Of a DNA stretch of 64,000 nt, positions 19,287 through 27,318 are shown piece after piece. Position 1 is the stretch's first letter; each line of letters opens with the position of its first letter. The translations under genes and the position numbers were made by a program. The DNA comes from Candidatus Eiseniibacteriota bacterium (lineage in GTDB: Bacteria; Eisenbacteria; RBG-16-71-46; JABDJR01). The notes under the pieces were generated by a model. It was not told where the DNA came from. It saw only the letters and a program-made list of their open reading frames with translations, and ran no database searches. The DNA is taken from the NCBI GenBank assembly GCA_963783375.1, contig CAWANH010000028.1:1152001-1216000 (forward strand), given 5' to 3'.

Positions 19287-20581
19287 GCTGGGTCGACGAC
19301 TACAAGTCCAAGCTTCAGTCCGCGGCCGAGGCGGTGGTCCGGATCAAGAGCGAAGATCGCGTCTACTACGGAGGGAACGCCGCCATACCCCAGACCCTGG
19401 TGAGGGCGCTGGCCGAACGCGGCTCCGAGCTGGAAAACGTCCAGCTCAATCACGTTCTTCTCCTGGGCAAGGACCCTCTCTCGACCCCGGAAATGGCCGG
19501 CCACTTCCGGCACAACTCGCTCTTCGTGGGACCGGCGGACCGGGAGGCGGTGAACGACGGGCGCGCCGATTACATGCCTATCTTCCTCCACCAGATTCCC
19601 CGGGTGTTCAAGGAGGGAATCGTCCCCCTGGACGTGGCCATGATCCAGGTCTCTCCCCCGGACGAGCACGGCTTCATGAGCCTTGGGGTGGAGACCCTGG
19701 CCTCGAAGGCGGCCTGCCAGGCGGCCAAGCTGGTGATCGCCCAGGTGAACGAGAAGATGCCCCGGCTCCTCGGTGACTGTTTCCTCCACGTGCGGAACGT
19801 GGACGTCATCGTCGAGGCCACCGAGCCGCTTCCCACCCTGATGCCCAAGCCGGCCACCGACATCGAGATGGCCATCGGCCGGAACATCCTGGACCTGATC
19901 GAGCCCGGGGCTACCCTCCAGATGGGGATCGGCGGGATTCCCGACGCGGTGTACGCGGCCATGGAGGGGCAACTGGACCTCGGCATCCACACCGAGATGA
20001 TCTCGGACGGGGCCATGCGGGCGATCGAACGCGGGGTGGTGACCGGGAGCCGGAAGACGCTCCATCCCGGGAAGGTGGTCATCACCTTCGCCCTGGGGAG
20101 CGAGGAACTCTACGAGTACCTGGACAACAACCCGCTCATCGAGGCCCACCCGGTGGACCACGTGAACGACCCGTTCATCGCCAGCCAGAACGACAACCTG
20201 GTGGCGGTGAACTCGGCCATCGAGATCGATCTCACCGGCCAGGTCTGCTCGGACTCCATCGGCTCCTACATCTACTCGGGGTTCGGCGGCCAGGTGGATT
20301 TCATCCGCGGCGCCGCCCGGTCCCGGGGCGGGAAGCCGATCATCGCCATGTCCGCCACCGCCAAGGGCGGTAGCATGACCCGCATCGTTCCCTACCTCAA
20401 GCAGGGGGCGGGGGTGGTGACGAGCCGGGCCGACGTCCACTACGTGGTGACCGAATTCGGGGTGGCGCACATCTTCGGCAAGAACCTGCGCGAGCGGGCC
20501 GAGGCGTTGATCGGGATCGCCCATCCCGATTTCCGCGGCGAGCTGGAGCGGGCGGCCAAGGAGCGGAAGCTGTTGCCTTGA
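19283..20581 (+). CDS. Acetyl-CoA hydrolase / 4-hydroxybutyrate CoA-transferase family
   Basis: ATGA overlap with ald; LQMGIGGIP, GIHTEM (catalytic Glu), GFGGQVDFIRGA and YVVTEFG. Confidence 0.92.
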   Translation: MSWVDDYKSKLQSAAEAVVRIKSEDRVYYGGNAAIPQTLVRALAERGSELENVQLNHVLLLGKDPLSTPEMAGHFRHNSLFVGPADREAVNDGRADYMPIFLHQIPRVFKEGIVPLDVAMIQVSPPDEHGFMSLGVETLASKAACQAAKLVIAQVNEKMPRLLGDCFLHVRNVDVIVEATEPLPTLMPKPATDIEMAIGRNILDLIEPGATLQMGIGGIPDAVYAAMEGQLDLGIHTEMISDGAMRAIERGVVTGSRKTLHPGKVVITFALGSEELYEYLDNNPLIEAHPVDHVNDPFIASQNDNLVAVNSAIEIDLTGQVCSDSIGSYIYSGFGGQVDFIRGAARSRGGKPIIAMSATAKGGSMTRIVPYLKQGAGVVTSRADVHYVVTEFGVAHIFGKNLRERAEALIGIAHPDFRGELERAAKERKLLP

Positions 20582-20606
20582 GGGTCGGGGGTGGCGCGCC
20601 TCGGGT

Positions 20607-21212
20607 TCAGCGAGCCCCGGCGGTGTCGGCGGGCGCGTCCTTCCACTCCCGCACCAGCTCGAGCCATTTCGCCGCGTTCTCCCTGGAGTAGGAGAACTTC
20701 CCGCCGGGGAGCAGGGTTCGGATCTCCTCGGCGTGGCGGGGCATCCCCCAGGTCAGGAACGCCCCGAAGGCCTCCCGGATCCGCTTCTGGCTCGCCGAGT
20801 CCGGGGGGGTGGGGAGGAGCCGGGTGATGAGCCCGTTCTCGACCACGAAGCGGACCCCCGGCTCATAGTGGATCTCGCCGATTCCCAGGAGCCGGAAGAG
20901 GTCGCTCGACTCGGTGGTGCTCTCCACCGCCACCGTGTCGCCGCGGACGGTGAAGCCCGACGAGGTGAGCCGGCCGTTCAGGGTCGCATCCCACTCCTCG
21001 AGGTTCCGGATGTGGTCGCGCCCCCGAAAGACCATCTGCCCGGGGACGTTGAAGAAGGCGTCCTCGGAAAGGAAGGCGAGGGCGCCGTCCACGTCCTGAC
21101 GGTTGTGGGCGTCCAGGTAGCCCCGGACCCGATCGACCCGTGATTCGGAGGAGCCGCATCCCGCCGCGAGGAACGCGGCGAGGAACAGGGCTCCCCAGGT
21201 AAGGCGTCGCAT
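20607..21212 (-). CDS. NTF2/SnoaL-like lipoprotein
   Basis: Lipobox LAAGC; YLDAHNRQDVDGALAFLSEDA...GRDHIR SnoaL-like pattern. Confidence 0.7.
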   Translation of the reverse strand: MRRLTWGALFLAAFLAAGCGSSESRVDRVRGYLDAHNRQDVDGALAFLSEDAFFNVPGQMVFRGRDHIRNLEEWDATLNGRLTSSGFTVRGDTVAVESTTESSDLFRLLGIGEIHYEPGVRFVVENGLITRLLPTPPDSASQKRIREAFGAFLTWGMPRHAEEIRTLLPGGKFSYSRENAAKWLELVREWKDAPADTAGAR

Positions 21213-21237
21213 CTCCGATCACCCCATGGCCGGGGAA

Positions 21238-21432
21238 TCAGGCGGAGAAGTCACGGTCCATCACCGTCTTCCGTCCGTCGGACCGGGCCCGCTCGACGGC
21301 CTGGTCGCAGAGGGTGCGGAGGATGTCGGAGACCGCGGGAGCCACGTTTCCGGACGTGTTCATTCCGGAGCGCTCCTTGATGTAGTTCTTGAGCTTGGAC
21401 ACCACCACCAGGACCTCTTGAGAGTCGCTCAT
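21238..21432 (-). CDS. Bacterial histone-fold protein (Bd0055/HBb-like singlet)
   Basis: 64 aa with GGAGG RBS. EVLVVVSKLKNYIK...MNTS...LC..AVE.A..DGRKTVMDRDF carries the histone RKTV..RD signature and matches my recollection of Bdellovibrio Bd0055. Confidence 0.85.
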   Translation of the reverse strand: MSDSQEVLVVVSKLKNYIKERSGMNTSGNVAPAVSDILRTLCDQAVERARSDGRKTVMDRDFSA

Positions 21433-21584
21433 TTCATCCTCCAGATTGAAAGTTTCGATCCGCCCGGATTATTCCCGCTATTCCCGCGGCACGAACAACC
21501 CGGGCCGAACGGCCCGCGAGCCGACGAATCCAGCCCGCATCCTCCCAGATTTCCCCCGATCCTGCAAATCCCCCACGCGGAGCT

Positions 21585-22949
21585 TCAAAGGGCGCAGGTG
21601 CGGAATCCGGCCAGCACGTCCCGGCGTTCGGGGAGATAGAAGTTCCGCCACGTGTTCCGGATGAGCCGGGCCCGGGTGGTCCAGGCCCCTCCCCGAAGCA
21701 CGCGGTGCCGTCCGTCCATCCAGGGCTTTGAGTAGTCCTCGTAGGGGTCGGCCACGAAGCCGGGGTAGCGCTCGAAGGGGGTCGCGGTCCACTCCCATAC
21801 GTTTCCGATCATCTGCCCGAGGCCGTCCCGCCCGTCGCCGCCGGGGAGCGCGCCTGCCTCCACCGGGCCCAGCCGATAGCCGTCCAGGTTGGCCCGGCCC
21901 GGGTCTGGAACGTCGTTGCCCCAGGGGTAGCGCGGCTTGGCGGTTTCCCCCGGGCCGGCGAGCGTGCCGTCCGAGGCCGCAAACTCCCACTCGGCCTCGG
22001 TGGGAAGACGGCGCCCGGCCCAGCGGCACCACGCCTCCGCCTCGTGGGCGTTCACGTGGATGACCGGAAGGTGAGGGTTCCGGGGGGTCCACCGGTCGAA
22101 CTCCCGCCGCTCCCAGTTTCCGTGGTCGGCGCGGCGCCAGTAGGCGGGATGCCCCGCCTCGGCTTCGCTCCGCCAGGCCCAGCCTTCCGGCGACCACAGC
22201 TTGGGCCGCCGGTAGCCGCCGTCATCGACGAAGGCCGCGAACTCGGCCTCGGTCACCGGACTCCGGGCCATGGAGAATCCCCGGACCTCCACGGGGTGGC
22301 GCCATTTCTCGTTGTCGAAAACGAAGGGCTCGAGCCCGGGGACCGCGCCGAGGGAAAACGTCCCCCCCTCGAAGCGGACGTCCCCCATCCGGGGGCCCGC
22401 CCCGGCTGCGGTGTCCCGGCGGGCGGGTCCGGCCGGGGGTCGGTCCGTCGCGCGGCCGGCGGGGACGCAGGGCTCCGCCGGGAACGCCGGCGTGGGATAG
22501 CCCAGGGTCTGGCGGGTATAGGTGAACGCCTCGTCGTGCATATCCTCGTGGAAAGTGGCCAGCCGGCAGAAATAGGCGACGTCCTCGGTCGGCGGACCGT
22601 CCCCCAGAACCCCCAGCACCCGGTCCAGGACCGCGTCCATGTAGGCCAGGGTCTCGCGGCGGGACGGTAGGGGAAGATCCCAGCGGACGTCGTGCGGCAC
22701 CTTCATGGAGTCGTAGAGCCGGTCCGCGTCTCCGCGGATGGAATCCTCGCCCCGCAGGCGGCGGAGCATCCAGAATTCGGCGAACCAGGCCACGTGCCCG
22801 ATCTCCCAGAGCATCGGGTTCACGATGGAGAGCCGGGGGCCCATGAGCCGGTCGTCGTCCAGGTCGGCGACCAGGGCCAGGGTCCGGGCCCGGGCGTCCA
22901 GAAGATCGCGGCGGAGATCGGCGGCGGTGAGGGTCTGGTCCCGGGGCAT
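21585..22949 (-). CDS. senA: Selenoneine synthase SenA (EgtB-family paralog)
   Basis: VNPMLWEIGHVAWF, LYDSMKVPHDVRWDLPLP, FHEDMHDEAFTYTRQT, FGE domain with FDNE and GNVWEWT, and DPYEDYSKPW. Adjacent to senB. Confidence 0.82.
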   Translation of the reverse strand: MPRDQTLTAADLRRDLLDARARTLALVADLDDDRLMGPRLSIVNPMLWEIGHVAWFAEFWMLRRLRGEDSIRGDADRLYDSMKVPHDVRWDLPLPSRRETLAYMDAVLDRVLGVLGDGPPTEDVAYFCRLATFHEDMHDEAFTYTRQTLGYPTPAFPAEPCVPAGRATDRPPAGPARRDTAAGAGPRMGDVRFEGGTFSLGAVPGLEPFVFDNEKWRHPVEVRGFSMARSPVTEAEFAAFVDDGGYRRPKLWSPEGWAWRSEAEAGHPAYWRRADHGNWERREFDRWTPRNPHLPVIHVNAHEAEAWCRWAGRRLPTEAEWEFAASDGTLAGPGETAKPRYPWGNDVPDPGRANLDGYRLGPVEAGALPGGDGRDGLGQMIGNVWEWTATPFERYPGFVADPYEDYSKPWMDGRHRVLRGGAWTTRARLIRNTWRNFYLPERRDVLAGFRTCAL

Positions 22950-23007
22950 GACGTCCTCCCATCCGGGCCTACGCGGAAACGGCCCAACTCCAGTATTCTA
23001 TTCGGTC

Positions 23008-24000
23008 ATGACCCGGATCGTCATGGTCTGCCCCGAATCGCGGAGCGAGAACACCGGAAACGCGGTGACCGCCAAGCGCTGGACCCGGCTTCTTCGGAGT
23101 CTCGGGTACCGGGTGCTGGTGACCGGGGAGTATGCCGGAGAGCCTTGCCGCCTGCTCCTCGCCCTCCACGCGGGGAAGAGCGCGGCCTCGGTCCGCCGCT
23201 TCCACCGGCTTCATCCCGAGCTCCCGATCGTGGTGGCGCTGACCGGCACCGACGTCTACCGCGACATCCGGCGCGGCGCGGGGGCGCGGCGGTCCCTGGA
23301 ACTGGCCGACCGCCTGGTGCTCCTCCAGCCCCAGGCCCTGGAGGAACTCCCGGGGGCCATGTGGTCCAAGACGGCGGTCATCCGCCAGTCGGTGCGGATG
23401 CCCTGGATAAGGCGGGCCGAGCATCCCCGGACCTTCGACGTCGCGGTGCTGGCCCACCTCCGGGGGGTGAAGGACCCGCTCCGGGCGGCGGCGGCGGCCC
23501 GGCTCCTGCCGCCGGAATCCCGGATCCGGATCGTCCACGCGGGAATGGCCATGGATCCGGCCTGGTCGAAGCGGGCCCGGGATGAAACCCGGAGGAACCC
23601 CCGCTACGTATGGAGGGGAGAGCTTCCCCGCTGGCGGGCCAAGCGGTTGTTGGCGGGAAGCCGGCTCATGGTCCTGAGCTCGCGGCTGGAGGGCGGCGCC
23701 AACGTGATCTCCGAGGCCTCCGTGGCCGGGATTCCGGTCCTGGCCACGCGCATCCCGGGGACGGTGGGGCTTCTGGGGGCGGGGTATCCGGGTTATTTCG
23801 AGGTGGGGGACACGCGGGGACTCGCCCGGCTCCTCGCCCGCGCCGAGACCGACGATGGGTTTCTGGGATGCCTCGAGGACGAGATCCGGTCCCTGGCCCA
23901 TCTCTTTCTCCCCTCGCACGAACGCGGAGGTTGGAAACGGCTGCTCGATGATCTTCTCGAGACGTCGCCCCGGCCGGGACCGGAGGAGGACAGCTCGTGA
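23008..24000 (+). CDS. senB: Selenosugar synthase SenB (GT-B glycosyltransferase)
   Basis: GNAVTAKRW, ALHAGKSA, LTGTDVYRDI, HLRGVKDP, SSRLEGGANVISEA and YPGYFEVGD. Confidence 0.87.
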   Translation: MTRIVMVCPESRSENTGNAVTAKRWTRLLRSLGYRVLVTGEYAGEPCRLLLALHAGKSAASVRRFHRLHPELPIVVALTGTDVYRDIRRGAGARRSLELADRLVLLQPQALEELPGAMWSKTAVIRQSVRMPWIRRAEHPRTFDVAVLAHLRGVKDPLRAAAAARLLPPESRIRIVHAGMAMDPAWSKRARDETRRNPRYVWRGELPRWRAKRLLAGSRLMVLSSRLEGGANVISEASVAGIPVLATRIPGTVGLLGAGYPGYFEVGDTRGLARLLARAETDDGFLGCLEDEIRSLAHLFLPSHERGGWKRLLDDLLETSPRPGPEEDSS

Positions 24001-24926
24001 AACAAGGAAAACGGCTCTGCTTCCCGGCCGCGATCGCGGTCCTCTGGTGGGGGCTTTCCGGGCCGGTCCCGGCCGACGCGGCGCCGGGCGCGGTTTCGAT
24101 CGGGACGGCGGACAGCCTCTTCACCGCCCGGGACTGGAAGGGGGCCGCCGAAGCCTACGACGCGGTTCTGGCCGACGAGCCCGGTCTGGGCATGGCCTGG
24201 TTCCGCCTGGCCGGGGCCCGCTATCAGCTCGGCGAGTACGCGGACGCGGCGGCGGCCTACGCGCGCGCGGACAGCCTGGGGGTCTTCCCCACCGTCACCC
24301 GGTACAACCTGGCCTGTAGTCTCGCCCTGGCCGGAGAGGTGGAACCGGCGTTCACGGCCCTGGGCCGGGCGGTGGACCTGGGGTTCACCACCCCCGAGGC
24401 GATGAAGGCGGACACCGACCTCGCCGCTCTCCACGACGACCCGCGCTGGACGAAGATGCTCGACCGCGCCGACCGGGCGGCCCGCCCCTGCGAGCACGAT
24501 CCGCGCTACCGGAGGTTCGATTTCTGGATCGGGGAGTGGGACGTGTTTGCCCGGGGCCGGCCCGCGGGGACGAGCCGGATCGATCCGCTCCTCGACGGAT
24601 GCGCCCTGCTGGAGAACTGGAGCGGTCGCCAGGGGCTGAACGGGAAGAGCCTGAACTACCTGGATCCCGGGACGGGGAAGTGGAAGCAGACCTGGGTGAA
24701 CGACAACGGGGGGATCCTGGAGTACGTCGAGACCGACGAAGCGCCGGCCGACGCCTCGATCCGGTTCCTGACCCACGTGCCCAAGCCGGAGGGGGGCGAA
24801 ACGCTCCGGCGGATGACCTTCACCGCCGTGGCCCCCGATACCGTGCGCCAGGTCATGGAGGACTCCGGGGACGGCGGCGCCACCTGGGCGCCGTCCTTCG
24901 ACGGACTGTACGTGAGGAGGAAGTAG
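23997..24926 (+). CDS. Secreted TPR-containing protein with conserved C-terminal beta domain
   Basis: GTGA overlap with senB; signal peptide; TPR helices, YNLACSLAL, FDFWIGEWDV and WKQTWV. Confidence 0.75.
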   Translation: MKQGKRLCFPAAIAVLWWGLSGPVPADAAPGAVSIGTADSLFTARDWKGAAEAYDAVLADEPGLGMAWFRLAGARYQLGEYADAAAAYARADSLGVFPTVTRYNLACSLALAGEVEPAFTALGRAVDLGFTTPEAMKADTDLAALHDDPRWTKMLDRADRAARPCEHDPRYRRFDFWIGEWDVFARGRPAGTSRIDPLLDGCALLENWSGRQGLNGKSLNYLDPGTGKWKQTWVNDNGGILEYVETDEAPADASIRFLTHVPKPEGGETLRRMTFTAVAPDTVRQVMEDSGDGGATWAPSFDGLYVRRK

Positions 24927-24927
24927 G

Positions 24928-25869
24928 GTGATTCGATCCGTCGCGGTCTGCGCGTGCCTCTGGCTCCTGGCCGGACCGGGCCCGCTGACCGCCCCCGTGG
25001 CGGGGGCGCCTCCGGACACCACCAGGACCTCGAGCCCCCTGTGGATCCCGGCCCGGCCGCTTCCCGCGGATTCCGCGGTCGTGGACACCGGGGCCGTCCC
25101 CTACGTGATCCCGCGATTCCAGGTCACCCGCCCCACCCACTCCGAGGCCGACCTGATGACCCTCCGGGAGATCATCGACCGGTGCGTGGTGGGGGAGAAG
25201 ACCAAGCTCGCCGGCCACCACGACATGACCGCCACCGCGTCCGTCCGCACCTTGGCCCTCTGGAAGAAGAAGAAGGAGGTGGCCGACGCCGCCTACCTCA
25301 TGTACGAGGACGACAAGGGCTTCCGGAAATCGGTGCGCCTGGGGGATACCCGCCGGAAATACAAGCTCGAGGACGGCGCCTGGGTCCCCGACAAGAACGA
25401 GAAGGAGGACGACTCCCCGGTGGAGGTGGAGTTCTCGGACGATGGCGAAGGGCTCTCCCAGGTCCCCTTCTTTCTCCAGGATCAGGCCGACTACGAGTTC
25501 ACCCTGCTGGAGCGGAACCTGGAGGGGGATCACGTCATCTTCAAGATCGCCTTCGAGCCGCGCTCGCCGTTCAAGCCCCTTCCCTCGGGGACGGTCTACG
25601 TGGACACCGACGACTTCCGGATCGTCCACGAGGAGTTCACCTTCGACAAGCAGAACCCCATGCCCCTCCTCATCAAGGGGATTCGGCGGGTCTCCCGGGA
25701 GTGGCGGCGGATCCCCACCGGGGAGTGGGTGGTGTCCCGGGTGATGGCCGAGGTGGATCTCCACGGCTCCTGGACCGGGCTCATCCCCGAGCGGGTCACC
25801 CTTGTCCTCACCCTCGACGACTACCGGTTCGATCAGGGCTACGATCCGGCCCGGTTCGGGAGCCGCTGA
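24928..25869 (+). CDS. Secreted hypothetical protein (DUF5686 N-terminal-like / LolA-like)
   Basis: Signal peptide; YEFTL...IFKIAFEPR...GTVYVDTDDFRIV pattern. Confidence 0.6.
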   Translation: MIRSVAVCACLWLLAGPGPLTAPVAGAPPDTTRTSSPLWIPARPLPADSAVVDTGAVPYVIPRFQVTRPTHSEADLMTLREIIDRCVVGEKTKLAGHHDMTATASVRTLALWKKKKEVADAAYLMYEDDKGFRKSVRLGDTRRKYKLEDGAWVPDKNEKEDDSPVEVEFSDDGEGLSQVPFFLQDQADYEFTLLERNLEGDHVIFKIAFEPRSPFKPLPSGTVYVDTDDFRIVHEEFTFDKQNPMPLLIKGIRRVSREWRRIPTGEWVVSRVMAEVDLHGSWTGLIPERVTLVLTLDDYRFDQGYDPARFGSR

Positions 25870-25870
25870 C

Positions 25871-27175
25871 ATGGCGCGCGCGTTCGCGGCGCTCCTGGTC
25901 GCGTGGGTCATGGCCGGCTCCGGAGCCCCGGCGGAGGGCGCCGCGCCCCCGGACACGCTCGGCCGGGGGAGCCTCCTGGAGCGGCTCCAGCGGGAGGACC
26001 AGGGTTTCTACCCCGAGGAGTCCCTGGACTTCGACCGCTCCCTCGCCGACTCCGGCATGGCGGCCCTCGATTCGCTGGGGTTCAAGGCGTTCGCGCGGGA
26101 ATCGGCCCGTCGCCGGCGCGCGTTCGCCCTGGAGCTGGGACCGGCTCATGAACTCGTGAGCTACAACCGGGTCGAGGGAACGGTGGCGGCCCTGGGCGCC
26201 TCGGTCCGCACCCCGCTCGGGTTCGGAACGTTCCTCGATCTGGAAGCGGGCTACGCCGCCGCCTCCGAGCGCCTCCGCCACCGCGAGGGGCTCCGCGTTC
26301 CGGTGGCCCCGGCCCGGCGCGGGCCGGAGATCATCCTGGGCTTCGCGGACCGGGTCGTTCCCTACGGATCCAACCGTCCCACCGCCAACAGCCTTCGCGC
26401 CCTGGTGGGCTCGGCCGACGACCAGGACTACCTGGAGCGGCGCGGCGGCTGGGGGGGGCTGGCCTGGGAGGGATCCCCGGTGGGAGCGGTGCGCGTCCGG
26501 TACCAGGCTTCGAAGGAGATCCCGGTGGCCGCGCACACCGACTTCGCCCTGTTCGGGAACCCCCGGCTCATGGGCCCGAACGCGCCGGTGGACGCGGGGA
26601 TCGACCGGGCGGTGGAGGCGCGGGCGGATCGCGGCTCGTTGATGAGCGGCCGGAACCGGATCGCCCTCGGCGGGCGGGTGGCCGGGGGGGGGCTGGGGGG
26701 CGGCTTCACCTACACGCGATTCGACGCCGAGGCGGGAATCCGCCGTTATCTCCTCTTCAACCAGGAGATGATTCTCGAGGCGGGGTACGTCCGGACCGGG
26801 GGGGCGCCGCCGCTCCAGCGCCTGGCCGACGTGGGGGGACTCTCCACGGTGCGGGGGTTCGATCGCCGGACACGGGTGGGGCGCGAGTCCGTTCACGCGC
26901 GGGCCGAGCTTCTGCTTCCCTACGACGTCTTCGGGGCCACCGGGATCCCGGGGATCCGTACCGCCCGGATCCAGCTCGTCCCCTGGGCGGACGCGGGCCG
27001 GGTCTGGCGCGGGAACGGGGACGCGTGGCTCGCCGCGGCCGGGCTCGGCCTGCAACGCTACCTCGGTCCCTTCGGCGAGGGTTCCTACCTGAGACTCGAC
27101 GCCGCGGTCCCCCTGGGGCCCGACCGCCCCGGGGACCTGAGCTTCTACCTGCGGTTCGCCCGGGGCCTCTTCTGA
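25871..27175 (+). CDS. Outer-membrane beta-barrel protein (Omp85 / DUF5686 C-terminal-like)
   Basis: Signal peptide; SYNRVEG, GGLSTVRGF (Omp85-type VRGF), terminal Phe. Confidence 0.7.
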   Translation: MARAFAALLVAWVMAGSGAPAEGAAPPDTLGRGSLLERLQREDQGFYPEESLDFDRSLADSGMAALDSLGFKAFARESARRRRAFALELGPAHELVSYNRVEGTVAALGASVRTPLGFGTFLDLEAGYAAASERLRHREGLRVPVAPARRGPEIILGFADRVVPYGSNRPTANSLRALVGSADDQDYLERRGGWGGLAWEGSPVGAVRVRYQASKEIPVAAHTDFALFGNPRLMGPNAPVDAGIDRAVEARADRGSLMSGRNRIALGGRVAGGGLGGGFTYTRFDAEAGIRRYLLFNQEMILEAGYVRTGGAPPLQRLADVGGLSTVRGFDRRTRVGRESVHARAELLLPYDVFGATGIPGIRTARIQLVPWADAGRVWRGNGDAWLAAAGLGLQRYLGPFGEGSYLRLDAAVPLGPDRPGDLSFYLRFARGLF

Positions 27176-27318
27176 ACCACCGCGCGGAAGGGGTGAGCCG
27201 GTTCCGGTTCCCGATTCAAAGGGTGAGGGGCGGACGCTCACGGCGCCCGCCCCCCACGGATTGATTCGGTTCGTTCGACGCCGCGCCTCGTTTCATCGAA
27301 ACGCGGATCGGCCGGCGC

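Noticed and set aside
24928-27175. A single frameshifted outer-membrane gene
   Set aside because: The second ORF has its own ATG and signal peptide, so two genes are more likely.
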